Part shown: positions 23,211 to 36,251 of the stretch, one piece after another
How positions within the stretch are numbered: the stretch's first letter is position 1
How the letters are laid out: every line of letters starts with the position of its first letter
Program-made: the position numbers and the translations under genes
From: Sphaerodactylus townsendi
Lineage: Eukaryota
NCBI RefSeq assembly: GCF_021028975.2
Contig: NC_059438.1
Location: 37,386,001-37,450,000, forward strand
Length of the DNA stretch: 64,000 bases
Direction of reading: 5' to 3'
Notes under the pieces: generated by a model
The model's input: the letters and a program-made list of their open reading frames with translations, nothing else
Told to the model about the DNA's origin: nothing
The model's database searches: none

Positions 23211-23407
23211 CTAACACAGAGGAAAAAACAAATGGTCACTACGGCCTAACACAGAGGAAAAAACAAATGGTCACTATAAAACTGGCATCCCAGTGGTACC
23301 GGGGCACTCTGCCCTCTGCCAGGAACGCTGGGTTTCCTAGCCCCATAGGTCCAAAGCAACATTATCCAATTAATGCAATATTCATACACACACGTCAATA
23401 ACCGTAC

Positions 23408-23454
23408 CCAAACGGGTCTTGAATTCAATTTTGTTTTCTGGATCTTCATCTTTT
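23408..23454 (-). CDS. IK: IK exon 8
   Basis: KDEDPENKIEFKTRL. Confidence 0.93.
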
Positions 23455-23583
23455 CTGAAAAACAAAATTGGGAGTGGAAGAGAGAGAGAGAGAAAAGGGC
23501 ATGATGAAAAACAGGCATTTCCATTCCCTCTTCTCCTTGAAACTTAATGCTTCCAAACCAGCGCTTTGCTTGCCCCGACGCAC

Positions 23584-23654
23584 TTGGTTTCTTTTTGGGG
23601 CTTCTCCATCAGTTCCTCCTCTTCCTTTTCCTTGCTGGCAATCTCGGCACGCAC
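23584..23654 (-). CDS. IK: IK exon 7
   Basis: VRAEIASKEKEEEELMEKPQKET. Confidence 0.95.
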
Positions 23655-24882
23655 CTGGTCAGAAAAGATAAAGGAGCTTCAAAATGCTAATCCGCTTCCT
23701 TCAGTGAAACCTATGGGTCTCCCAAAGGCTTGGAAAGAAACAGAACCCTGCTGTCGCAGGAGCAGTCACACAACAGACAAGGGCACCCTGAACTCAATTA
23801 CGTCTTTCACGCCTGCGCACCAAAATGGGGGGGGGGGGGGGGAGACCGAGAAAGAAAAGTGTGGAAGAGAAACCTACGTTTCCCCCCTGAACTGCTAATG
23901 AAAATTCACTGGATGACTGTCTTTTCAATGCCTGCCACTCCCATCAGTAAAAAATAGGTTTTTCAACCTCTGGTGGGGCTATAAAGTAAGCAGAATAAGC
24001 CTTGAAGGGGAATCTCAGAGATGTGAGAGAGTCACTTTAAATGAATACCCCTAGTAAGAGGCATTAATAGCAAAAGGAGCATCGTTATCTGATGAAGACT
24101 AAGTTCGAAAATGGTGGAAAATCGCGTATCCCGTTCATCGGGATTTATTAACAAGAATATATTTTGTCGATGTAAGAACTCAGTAGTGAGGAAGATCACA
24201 TCAACTATGGATGTTTGGACACTGTATTACCGGTCAGACAGTTTGCAAAACCTTGCAGGACAATTCTATTGCTTTTGGCAATTCTGCTAATGCCTCACAA
24301 GGCACTGTGTTGGAATATATGTTATAGAGCAATTTAGATTGTTGTATTCTACATAGCGCACTTTGTTTGTTTAGTCCATGATATGCTGCTTTCCACAATA
24401 GATGTTATAGCGGCAGGTGCAACGCGTTCATGTTTCTTTTCCTGATATTGGTCGTTGTACCTTTTTTCTGCTTGTGTATACCTAGGGGCTATAAAGCTGT
24501 GATCTGCAAATAACAACCTGCTGGTGGTCCCTTGCCAAAAGACATCTGGGAGAGTCAACCAGACCCTGGCCCCACCCTGGTGGAATGCTCTGTCCAATGA
24601 GACTAGGGCCCAGCAGAATCTCCTACTGCACTACTGGGAAACGTGTGAAGCCTTCCGCAAGCCTATGAAACCTTCCTCTGATAGGAGAGCCACTGAAGCA
24701 GAAGGAAGGGTTCACCCACACCTCTGTCTGATTCGAGCCAATTCTGCAAGATGACGGGTGAAATGGTTGCAAAAAAGGGGCCAAATGGATCACAAGCAAT
24801 GTACTGTTGGCGGAGAAGCCACACGTGACTCATTGGGAAAGAGGTTCACTAAGATACCAACGGCCGATGTGCCGTTGCTCAC

Positions 24883-24997
24883 CTTCTGCAGCAGAGCAAA
24901 ATCCAGACCCTTCACCAAGTGAGTGTGCTCCATGTCACCACCCAAGAACTTGGACTCTTGAATCAACTGCCGCCTTTTTTCTGCAGCGGATTTATCC
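24883..24997 (-). CDS. IK: IK exon 6
   Basis: DKSAAEKRRQLIQESKFLGGDMEHTHLVKGLDFALLQK. Confidence 0.95.
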
Positions 24998-25080
24998 CTA
25001 GGATAAACAAGGACAGACACATGAGGCTAAAATCACCTAGTACTGCCAAAGGAAAAGGCTTCGAAGGCAACTGCACTCAC

Positions 25081-25248
25081 GCCTCTGCGGTGGGTCCCAC
25101 CGCCCTGTAGTTGGCCGTTGTGCTGATCAGTTCTGTCTCCTCGTAGTCCTTGTTGACGCCGTCCCGTCTCTCTTTGGCACGGTCCCTGTACTTCTCAGCC
25201 AGTTCCCTTTCTCGCTCAATCTCCTGCTGGCGCAGTTTTGCATAATAG
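25081..25248 (-). CDS. IK: IK exon 5
   Basis: YYAKLRQQEIERERELAEKYRDRAKERRDG...GPTAE. Confidence 0.95.
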
Positions 25249-25988
25249 CTGGTATCAGAAAACAAATCAGTTGATTACCACTGAAGCATGCTTACCATGT
25301 CGTACAAATCAGTTGATTACCACTGAAGCATGCTTACCATGTCGGTTTCTCTTAATATACGCACATCTTGATAGCCACCATATGCAACTGAAGCAACAGC
25401 TAGTTTGGTCATTCTCAATCCACTTTTCCCTTGCTGGTTCCCATATTTAAGATCTGATTTACTATCCTCTTGCAGCATAGTTCAAAGAGAACTGTGATAG
25501 CCCAAGGTCACCCAGCAGGAACGCAGGAGTGGGGAAACAATCCCGTTTCTCCAGATTAGAGTCCATCTGCTCTTAAGCACTACATCCTGCTGGCTGTCAG
25601 GATGCAAATCCATGTCAGTTGCAGGACACGGAAGGGAGATGGTGAACAAAAGCTATTGGGAGATGACTGCAGTGATCAACCATGTCCACTGAGGGGAAGG
25701 CTAGCTGGCTGGGATGATACTAAGCAAAATGCACTCTCTCTAAGGCAGCCAATCAACATGAGGCCAACTCCCACTTAATTGCAGATCAGAGAATCTCTAC
25801 CACTCAAGCCTAAGTGTTGATATACCCCAGTGGCTGAGACTGAGCTAGGAAGGGAGGCTCTGATGTTGTCTATGCCATCCACTTTGCCTCACAGCCATTC
25901 TCGTGTGGCCTCAGCCCTGCCCTCATCTGCAATGTTGGAATAATAATTATCTATGTTGTTGTAAGGACTGCACCAGTATAATATATAT

Positions 25989-26500
25989 CAGTGATGGCAA
26001 ACCTATTGTACGGGTGCCAGAGGGTGCACTCAGAGCCCTCTCTGTGGGCACACGCAAACAGAGTGCCCCTCCACACATCTAGGCTGGCCTGGGCTGCTGG
26101 ACTCGATTATTAGCATTAAACCTAAGACCTAGTTTTGGGGAAGTAGTGTAGGTAACCCTGTTAAGTGCTGTTAAACCCCACTGATTTTCATGTGAAGAAT
26201 AAAAGCATGATCCTTTATCTGGGAGTAAGCTCGGTTGCTGGCAATGGGGCTTGCTTCTGAGTAAACCCTCCTAGGATTGTGATTCACCCGTTGGAAGAGT
26301 TGCACGGTTACTTCAAAGCAAAGCCATCGACTACCACCAAGCTTACTCCTGAATAACGCACACCTCAGAGCCAACCGTTTTTTCTAAAAAAAACACCTCT
26401 CAGTATTCAGGTTAAATTGCCGTGTTGGCACTTTGCAATAAATAAGTGGGTTTGGGGTTGCAATTTGGGCACTCCGTCTCGAAAAGGTTAGCCATCGCTG
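25989..26500 (+). mobile_element. Non-autonomous hAT element, about 510 bp
   Basis: TIRs; 8-bp TSD atatatat; same family as 16709 and 52283. Confidence 0.85.
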
Positions 26501-26979
26501 ATATATATGGAGTGTTTTCAATCCTTCAAACCTTAAAAATGCCTCACGGATTCTGGATTATAATTAACTAATTGAACTCATGGGCAAAAAATATTTCAGT
26601 AGCAACAACCTCAGATGGTTTTAATGGAAGGAGGGTGGGATCCTCTACAGATGTTCACGATAATAGATATGGGCAGCTTTTATATACAGACAGTATGTAC
26701 TTTTGCCTACTAGTCACAAAGGAACAACAGCAGGAGAGGGTTACTTTATTCTTGCCCTGCCAGAGGCTGCGGTTTGCTTAGAATTTTCATTTTTATGGCT
26801 GCTAGTTTTTAGGGGAAATAGGACTTTGCATAAGGTGGAGTCTTGCTTTGATCTAGAAGAGCTGTTTTTATTATTTTATAAGAGCCTATCACAGACTAAA
26901 TTAGCTGCAATTCTTTCTGTACTTTAATAAAACATCAGCTCCTTAGGAAACCTGTGACCTGAGGTATGTGCCTATTTAC

Positions 26980-27039
26980 CTTTTCTTTTTCCTCCTGCGG
27001 GCAGCTGGATCTTCATCTTCATTGTACTCCCTTGGCATT
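26980..27039 (-). CDS. IK: IK exon 4
   Basis: MPREYNEDEDPAARRRKKK. Confidence 0.95.
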
Positions 27040-27366
27040 CTATAAACAAGAACAGGAATGTGCATGACAACAGCTGTCACTCCACAGAATTCCATAAAAG
27101 CTAAAGGTTATTACGGCTGTTCCACATTCAACATGCCATTACATCAACTCTGAACTTAAACTCCCCACTCTCTCAAATGTACAGAGTATGTCAATCAAGA
27201 CAGCTATATTGTGAGCCGCCTCGAGCCCTTCGGGGGTGAGGCGGCCTATAAATCTAACAAATAAATACATAAATAAATATACTGAAACATAATATTAGGT
27301 AAATAGACACTGAGTGAGAACTGTCCAGTGAGACTCTGCCAAGAAGTACGGAGAATTCATGCTTAC

Positions 27367-27459
27367 TCATGGTGCCGAGATTTCGATGGTGGGGCAGATG
27401 TTGGTGTTGCCCTTGGGGTCATAAGAAGCTTCCGAAAGTCTTCATTGGTAAGCTTGGAC
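27367..27459 (-). CDS. IK: IK exon 3
   Basis: SKLTNEDFRKLLMTPRATPTSAPPSKSRHH. Confidence 0.95.
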
Positions 27460-27891
27460 CTATAATAAAAATAGCAGTGTCTTGCTTTCAGGAAATGGTG
27501 TAATGAATAGATAACCTGAATTCATTAAACAGTGCCTCAAGGTAACTATACAACAAAAAGTGTTTCCAAATGCTGCTTCTGCAATGTGCTTGAAAGATAG
27601 CAAGGAGCTTTGGAGACCCTACAATAATAAAGGAGATCCAGCGCTCACCTGTGGATTGTAACGTACTAGACTGAAAAGGGTTACACAACATGTACAAAAT
27701 GTAGCACCACAAATGGTTTTTTTAGATGCAGAGCTAATGATGGTTCATTCTTGTGCCTATACTGGGTCTAATTCCCTCAGTCCATTGATGCCAAATGTTC
27801 TTCAGGCTCTCCACAGTTTGAACCGTGGCCAAGCTTCCAATCTCAAAACCCCAAACTGTCTACTCAAGTAACAATGAAAGACTTTACTCAC

Positions 27892-27958
27892 TGGTGGAAA
27901 GAATGAGAATCGTCCACCTCATGGCCATCTGGGGCCAGAGGATTAGAAAACGGCTCAC
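27892..27958 (-). CDS. IK: IK exon 2
   Basis: EPFSNPLAPDGHEVDDSHSFH. Confidence 0.95.
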
Positions 27959-30603
27959 CTGGAAAAAGGAAGGAAAGAAGAACTGATTAAGCATAAGCAT
28001 TTATTGTCATTGTGCATGCACAACGAAAATTTACAGCAGCATTCCTCGATGCACACAATTTCAGACTCATACCCCATCCTCACTTTCCCCTTCCTCCACC
28101 CATCCCTACACAGCCCCAAACACATCAACACGAAGCCACGGAGTTCAGCATCACCACAGCTCTAGAGTAGAAGCTGTCTCTAAGCCTCTTTGTCCTAGTT
28201 TTTATAGACCTGTATCGTCTGCCAGATGGTAACAGTTCAAAAAGAGAGTGTGCTGGATGAGATGGGTCTCTCAGAATATTTTGGGCTTTCTTTAGGCTTC
28301 AGGAATTATAGAGTTCTTCCAAGGAGGGGAGAGGGCAGCCGATGACTATCCAATAAGGCACACATTCTATTGCCAAGCATGCAATTTATTGCAGGGGCTC
28401 TTATCCATGGACAAAGAATCAGACACATGCAGACCAACCATAAACTAGGGACTTTGTGAAAAACATGAGGTTCATAGCTATTTAAGGTAAATGATTCCTG
28501 TCTCTGCTGTAGCAGCTCTGGAACTACAGGCTGGGATGCTCTTAGGGTAACCAAAATCCTTCCATTTTCTAAGCCCAGATCGACTCAGGTAATCCAGCCC
28601 TCAGTGAGTCACAAGCACAGTGCAGGGGCACTGCAGAAAAGCTCTTGTAGATCTGTTGAAGGGACAATTCCAAGATTCCCCACCCCATCCTGTCTGTTTC
28701 TAACCGGTATAGTTTATCGGTCATTTCGACTTGTATTACAGTCATATACTTCCGGACAAGCAGTTTGTCTCCCTTCTGTTGCACTACTTCCACTAACATT
28801 CTAATACCATAGCCCTTTCCTGAGCAACCAGCAGTATTCATATTATAGTCCAGGGACCAATGTAACTCCCTGGATACTTATCAATCATTCTTTAATCAGA
28901 CTATCAGTGACAACAGAAAAAATTCCCTGGAAGGAATCTAGCCTGCAATTACTAACATTCCCTGAAGTTTGCAGCCCCAGAGAGCGTGGCCAGAAGGCAC
29001 AACTAGCTTCGTAAGTAACCCCAGATCAGATTAAAATCCAATCTTTACAACTGCCCCAGCTAGTAGACAGTACTTACATGTCCCACAAGAAACGGCATTC
29101 TGGAAGCTAATTCTGACTCACAAATGCTCAAACAGGAATAAGAGTTGTTAGTTTTCAAGGTGCTACTGGATATGCGATTTGCTTTGCCAATGGAAATTGG
29201 CTAGTATACCCTCTGCTTTAGAGCTCCCCCTTACAGTGCAAAAGACCTAAACACTGGACAAAGTTATTATTTTTTTAAAAAAAAACTTTTATCTGAAGAC
29301 AAAACGCACAAAGAATTGTTTTTGGATCCTCGCCTCCTTCCTCCCTGACAAGTCACACAATAGACTCCATAGCAGTGATTCGTAGTCCTGAATCCAATAC
29401 CACCCACCAAGTACACATACTAAATCACAAGCAAAAACTAAGGTCATAAAAGCAGCATTCCAAAGAAAACTATTTTAGTTGCAATATATATTCCTGTAGA
29501 ATCAGCCAACTCCTGGAGATAGCAGTCTGATTTCTATTAGCTACGTGCCACTTCTCCAAGGGCCTAGGGGAGAAATTGAGACTCCGATATTGTATCCTTA
29601 CAATAGTTGAGCATTTGTTTAAAATGTTATTATTTTCTCATTTATGTAAAACATCAAGAATACACAAAACATCAAAAATAAGATTCAAAAATCAAAAACA
29701 AAAGTCATACAATTAATACAAAATGCTATATTTAAAATTATTAATTCAGGGGAGTCTTACTTTCTCTTATGTAGTTACCACTGCTATACTAATAAACAAA
29801 TACATTAACTATTACCACAGTACATATTCATGAGGAAAATTGTCATTAATTTTTTAATTTACGAAATGTACAAAATTTATCAAAGTACAACATCTATTTG
29901 TTAATCATTGTGCAAAATACATAAACTTAGTTTCCATTTCTCATCAAACTCATGTTTCAGCCTCATTTACTAGTTAATTTGGCCGCAGTGTATTCTCTCA
30001 TTTTTTTCTTCCTAGTTGTCTCGTTCAGGGCTTTCCATCTAGTTGCAAATATTACTCTGGCTGCAACTGACAAATACAGAGACATTTCTTCTCATTTTCC
30101 TGTTAAGTTCTTTGGAAAGATGCCTAGCAACATAGTCTTTGCATCCATTTGGAATGTTGAGTATCCTTTGCATTTCTGCAGTGGGTGAAAATTGATGAAA
30201 TAATTCTTCTCTGGCAGCTGTTGGAAACCGTTGCAAACGGGGAAAAGGGGCTGCTCAAAATCTCAGATGCCCCTCGTTTGCCCAACAGTTCTGAAGGGAG
30301 GCCCCCCCCCCCATGTGGATCGTCCCCATTTATAACTGCTACTTCCATTCTTGGAGGGTCATTCTGTTGTCGGTACATTCCTAGAGAAGGGACCTGCAGC
30401 ATGGATACCGCGAATCAGAGATATTAAGGTCACCCAGTTTTACACTCAGCCTACCCCACAGGGTTGTTGTGAGAATAAAACAGAGCCAGGTCCCTTCTAC
30501 TAGGACATACACCTCGACCACAACAGACGACTGCCTCGGCCGGCACCTTATCGGCAGGGAGACGTGGGCTCCACCACTCAATCCCCCCCTCAGCGACACT
30601 CAC

Positions 30604-30619
30604 TTTCTCGCTCCGGCAT
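30604..30619 (-). CDS. IK: IK exon 1 coding part (protein RED, spliceosome B-complex factor)
   Basis: ATGCCGGAGCGAGAAA|gtgagt = MPERE(S). Confidence 0.93.
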
Positions 30620-30888
30620 CTTGGCACAGGAGATCAAACGCAGCCACAACAACAGCCGAAGGACTTCCTTCCCACAAGTCACTGCGCGGGGGACACGCCA
30701 CCCAATGAGGGCCGCTAATGAAACAGGGACTCTCGACCCACAATGCAGCGCGCGCACAGCGGCCTCGGGACGCTCTGACCCACCATGCAACGCGCGGGAG
30801 TGCCAACCCGAGTTTTGCATAGCCGCGCCCTTTTCTTGAAGCTAACGGCGCGGATTGGCAGAGGCGTCTGGCGGGGCCGGGGCTCAAC
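30620..30888. promoter_or_regulatory. IK/NDUFA2 bidirectional CpG promoter
   Basis: 269 bp between divergent ATGs; ccaat about 30702, attgg about 30854; YY1-like caacatggcg over the NDUFA2 start. Confidence 0.85.
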
Positions 30889-30983
30889 ATGGCGGCGAGT
30901 TCGGCTCTGCGGGTCGTCGGGAGCCACCTCAAGGAGATCCGGGTCCACCTGTGCCAGCGCTCGCCGGGAAGCCAGGGCGTCAG
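30889..30983 (+). CDS. NDUFA2: NDUFA2 exon 1 (complex I subunit B8)
   Basis: [32 protein letters not shown]; gtgggt donor. Confidence 0.95.
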
Positions 30984-31194
30984 GTGGGTGGGTGGGTGGC
31001 ACGCGACCCACGCTGCAGTTGAGGCCTCCCAACGGAAGATTCATGTCTAATCCATCGGCCTCTCCCCCCGCCCCTGCCCTTTGGGTTGCCAGGCTTCTCA
31101 GGCCCAATCTGGCAGGGGCGGGGTCTTGGGCGGTGGGCGTGGCTTAGGGGGTGGGCGTGGCTCCCCTCCTGTTTATTTTATTTACAGTCTGGTG

Positions 31195-31322
31195 CAGTGA
31201 TGGCGAACCTTTGGCACCCCAGAGACTACAATTCTCATCAGCCCCTGCCAGCATGGCCAATTGACCATGCTGGCAGGGGCTGATGGGAATTGTAGTCCAT
31301 AACATCTGGAGTGCCAAAGGTC
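31195..31322. mobile_element. Palindromic hAT MITE
   Basis: Hairpin centred on tggccaattgacca; same family as 47340. Confidence 0.8.
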
Positions 31323-32234
31323 TGTTGATTCAAAGTAGGCTGAGCTGTCAAGTCACAGCTAACTTATAACGAACTGGGAGGGTTTTCAAGGAGCTGTTCC
31401 AAGGTGGTTTGCCATTGCCTGCTTCTGCATAGACGCCCATCCTAGCTCCATCTTGTTGGATCTCAGAATAAGCAGGGTTAACCCTGGCCAGGGTCTCTCC
31501 ATGTCAACCAGGGCTGATCCTGCTTACCTTCCAAGATCTGATCAGATTGGACTAGCATGGGCCATCCAAGTCAGGGCCAAGATGGGTTACGGGATATAAA
31601 ATCAAAATCCAGGGGCATCTTAAAGGCTAACAACATTGCAGCACAAGTTTTTGTGAGTCACAGTTTCAGTACAGTCAGATAGCATAAGACAGCCAATGAA
31701 CAATGCAACAGGACTAGGGTTACGGTGTTAGATAACAACAGAAGCAAGATATGCTATAAACAATACAAAAATGGACTAGAGGGCAAAGATAATGCAATAC
31801 AGTCACTATGGTAAATACTTATACACTACAGTGATTACAACTATAATAATAATTGTAGTAGGTTACAATCCTATTGTAAAGATGCTGTTTCTTCTTCCAG
31901 CAGAGATGCTGAGAACAATAAAACCTTGACACTTCTGTAGCAATCCTCTATGCATGTAATGATTCGTATTGAACTGATGTGCCATCATGTCACCTTGAAG
32001 GCTTTACCAGAGAAGGGGGGGGAGCTCTAATGCACTGATAACTCCTGTCAGTGTGCACCATAGTATGAGGAATCAGATTGCTTTCTGCTGTCCCATCTTG
32101 TTTGATCGTCTTCAGTGTGGAATATAATGGATGCTTTCACCCAATGGTATCAACCATTGAACGCATTGCTGGGCTAACACATGGCTTTATTTATGACGTG
32201 TGTGCGTGTGTATCAGGGTGTGTGTGGAATGGTA

Positions 32235-32405
32235 TAGTATAGCCCAGTGTCGTCAGATTTCAGAAGCTTAGCTGGGTTGGTGTTTAGGAGACCACCAAGG
32301 GAATGTTTGCAGAGGAAGGCAATGGCAAACCACCTCTGCTTCTCACTTTTAATAAAAAACTTTACAGGGTTATCATAAGTCAGCTGGGGCTTGATGGCAC
32401 TTTAC
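32235..32405 (+). mobile_element. 5S-derived SINE (5S-Sauria-like)
   Basis: tagcccagtgtcgtcagatttcagaagct 5S-like head; ggaaggcaatggcaaaccacc tail. Confidence 0.6.
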
Positions 32406-32542
32406 ACAAATGTGTCCAAGGAAATCTTGCCATTCTATCCTAAGCAGTCACACCCTTCCAAGTCTACTGAAGTTGCTTGGCTGAAATGCATGGAACTCTG
32501 CTCAGCATGGCTGTTTGTCCTGGATCCTTCGGAGCATGTGTA

Positions 32543-32836
32543 GAAGAAGAAGAAGAGTTTGGATTTATATCCCCCCTTTCTCCTGCAGGAGACTCAAAGG
32601 GGCTTACAATCTCCTTGCCCTTCCCCCCTCACAACAAACACCCTGTGAGGTGGGTGGGGCTGAGAGCTCTGAGAAGCTGTGACTAGCCCAAGGTCACCCA
32701 GCTGGTGTGTGCGGGAGTGTACAGGCTAATCTGAATTCCCCAGAGAGGCCTCCACAGCTCAGGCGGCAGAGCTGGGAATCAAACCTGGTTCCTCCAGATT
32801 AAATACACGAGCTCTTAACCTCCTACGCCACTGCTG
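32543..32836 (-). mobile_element. Squam3-like SINE
   Basis: Same family as 4621. Confidence 0.85.
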
Positions 32837-33450
32837 TATTTGAATCAGTCTTCATGTTGTGCAGCTCTTAAGGCAACAGGAAACTTTACCAAGGCCTAAA
32901 AGCACACCATTTTATAGTTTTATTGTTCAAAACCTCAGAACAGGGGGTTTGAAAAGAAAGGCTAGTGAGAGGCAGCAAGAGGCATGGCAGATGTCACATT
33001 TGGTGACATCTCTGGTCTCTCTGCACTGGGGGTAATGAGTACAAATAGTAATGCCAAGTTACAGCAGGGGACCAGGAACAGAGAAATCTTCATGTTGACA
33101 CTGTTGATTTTTGCCACACACAATTAAGCAAGGATTGGCACCCTGCATAATACAAGCCATTGTTAGGTTATGTAACTGTATCTTATCAGTTGGTGCTTAT
33201 TTTAGGTTTCAAATTGAGTTCCAGGGAAACAGGGGGTATCTCAAAGATATCAGTAACACTGGTTGTCCTGCCTTGAAAGACATTTTAATAATCACAATTG
33301 ATCCTTCCCTTTACTCTGGATTTGAGCACTAGTTATTCTCAAGGGCACAGTCTCAATTGGCATGGGAAGATGATGGTGCCCTCAAACAAGCCCCAGAATT
33401 CTCTACAGTGGGTGAGAATTCTGTAGCTTACCGATGGAAAATTGTCCCCG

Positions 33451-33754
33451 AAGAAGAGTTGAAGAGGAAGACTTGGATTTATATCCCCCCTTTCTCTCCT
33501 GCAGGAGACTCAAAGGGGCTTACAAACTCCTTGCCCTTCCCCCCTCACAACAAACACCCTGAAGTAGGTGGGGCTGAGAGAGCTCAGAAGAATTGTGACT
33601 AGTCCAAGGTCACCCAGCTGGCGTGTGTTGGAGTGTACAGGCTAATTTGAATTTCCCAGATAAGCCTCCACAGCTCAGGCAGCAGAGTGGGGAATCAAAC
33701 GCGGTTCCTCCAGATTAGAGTTACACCTGCTCTTAACCACTACACCACTGCTGC
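33451..33754 (-). mobile_element. Squam3-like SINE
   Basis: Same family as 4621. Confidence 0.85.
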
Positions 33755-33919
33755 TTTTATGACATGAAGCTATGACATTCAGCAACTGCTGCACTGGAAT
33801 GGCCTATATTTCTCAGATCATATCTCTAGCACTGCGCATTTCTGTATTGTGTTGATCTGAAAGGCACTTGGGAAAGTCCAGTCTGACACATTCACATTTG
33901 TGTGCTTTGTCCTTTGCAG

Positions 33920-34026
33920 AGACTTCATTGAAAAACACTATGTTACTTTAAAGAAGGCAAATCCAGATTTCCCTATTCTGATCAGAGAGTGCTCAGATGT
34001 GCAGCCCAAGCTCTGGGCTCGATATG
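33920..34026 (+). CDS. NDUFA2: NDUFA2 exon 2
   Basis: [35 protein letters not shown]; AG/GT flanks. Confidence 0.97.
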
Positions 34027-35115
34027 GTGAGCAATGGAGAACTTTCCTGCTGGAGTTTACAAGCATAAATGTGGTGGCAGCAATAGTGAGGTGGCTCAAA
34101 TGCCAGTTTTCTGGAATTGTGGGAAGCTGGAGTTTCTCTTCTATTTGAATTATTCTGTGGTTCTTCAATCCTATCAGGACTCACAGAATTGAAACACAAT
34201 TTCACAAAGCAGCTTCAGGGCAGTGGGGTGCTGTGTGGTTTCCGGGCTGTATGGCCGTGTTCTAGCAGCATTCTCTCCTGACGTGCAGGCGAAATGTCAG
34301 GAAATGTATGTGCTGCTGCAAGACAGCATTGATGATTTGTACAAAACTGGTGAGATGGATAGCATTGTAAGAACCATTTCAGTACCTTCCTAATATTCCT
34401 GCCCGGTTAAAGCAAAGGATCACATGAGACTTTTCCTGGAACTCCTAATGGGAACAAGGAAAGAATTGCTGGTTATCACGACTGCTGCATTTCTTGATGT
34501 GGTTTACTATGTCCCTGACCTGTTGACTTTCAGGTGTCTTGTACCATTTTACTCACTGGTCAACCCTGTTTAGAGAAGCTTAGATGAAATGCAGAGGAAC
34601 AGTAATGGCGCATAGGTGATTCTTATCCGCTGATGATGCAGGTCATGTGGAAAAGCCTGTGCTTGCACACTTAAAAGAAACTTGATATTTATGAGATAAC
34701 ACTTCTTTTAGCACCTTCTTCTTAAGTAGTCTTCAGGAAGTAAAAATTCAGTAAAATCCCAGGATCGTGGATCAGCTGTACAGATTGTTTCAGTCCCCCG
34801 TCTTCATTTTCCATCCATTATGGCTGTGAAGGAACAAAGCTGCTGCATTATGCTTCTTACCCCCAACTTCCAAATCAGGTTTATTGGTGGTATTGTAATT
34901 GCATATACATGTAGTCAAGAAACTCACTACTTGGGGAAAGTTGGGGCAGAGGAGGATTGACAGCTGTCCACTGGCAGTTGCTTAGAGGTGTGTCAGGGGT
35001 GGAGCCTGAGGAGAGGGAGGGTCATGAACACCTTGACATCTCTTCTAGCCAAGAACCCAGAAGTGATGTCACAGCAGCTGCAAATACTGACATCTACACT
35101 TCTCGTTTTTACCAG

Positions 35116-35207
35116 AGTTTGGCAGAGAGACGAGCATACCGCTGAACAACCTGAACGTGGACCAAGTCGCCAAAGCTGTAGAGACTGTTATACACAGCAA
35201 AGCGTAA
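35116..35207 (+). CDS. NDUFA2: NDUFA2 exon 3 (total 97 aa)
   Basis: EFGRETSIPLNNLNVDQVAKAVETVIHSKA*; ATTAAA at 35274. Confidence 0.93.
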
Positions 35208-36251
35208 AGATAATACGTGGTGCCTGCAACCAAGAATCCAAATCCAGCCGTGATGCATGTATGGATGTAACTTATTAAAACTGCATATTAAAATGATGGC
35301 TTATAAAACACAGCCCCAGTATCTGCTTTAGCCAGGTGTATTTGTTGGAGGTTGATTCTTCCTACTCTGTTGTGTTAAGGGTGGGGAGGGAGAAAAGAAG
35401 CTGTAAACTTGCTGACTTCTCTGATATCATGAAGCTCAGTATGGCTACTACTAATCTAACCAGGTCAAAGGACTGCAGAACAAAGCCACAACTAGTAGAG
35501 GTTATTTATTTGGTGATTTGTGAGGCTCCTCTCTCACTGATCCTGCCCCTTGGTCGTCAGCCATTGTGCCATGCCACCTCTAGAGCTTTCCTCCCAATCG
35601 CGGACTAGGGACAGCGTTTTGGTTATGTCCTCCCACTCTTTCCTAGAGGATTGCCCACTCCTGAACTTAGGAGGGGGCGCCTTTTCCTCTCTTTTACTTG
35701 GTTGTGCAGCCCCCCCCCCCCCCCCCGGCTGCCCCCGGCCATTCACCCCCAGTTCCACTCCTACAGCTTGAGCCACTCACCTCAGTTGCCATCCCCACCC
35801 ACCTGTCCTCCCTCACTCTCTCTCACTGGCCATTGCTATTGGTAAGCTATTGGGTTGGCTACTGCCAGCTCTCCACCCTAGGCGATCACATGTGGACTGC
35901 TGGGTTGCCTGTGGAGGCTTTTGCTTCCCTAGCTTGCTTGGGTCTTTGACGCCAGCCAATGACATCATCAGCTGGTGACCAATTTTCTGCAGCCCAGGAA
36001 AGTGATGGGGGGGGGGGGTCTATGTTCACCTTTTGCAGTTGCCGTCAGCCCAGGGGCCTGTTCTGGAGGGTCCGTGTACAACACTGGGAGCAGTGGGAGG
36101 TGTCAGGAAGGTGGGCGACCTGATGGGAGCACCAAGGCCAGCCCTGGCATAGGATTGGGAGAACGATAATGCCCTTCCCAAAGGGAGAGAGTTAGTTCTT
36201 TCTTGCAATACAGGTGACATGTCTCTGGTTCACTTTTTTAAAAAACAAAGT

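Noticed and set aside
24087-24115. ctgatga...cgaaa as another hammerhead core
   Set aside because: I cannot form convincing stem I, stem III or a cleavage triplet.
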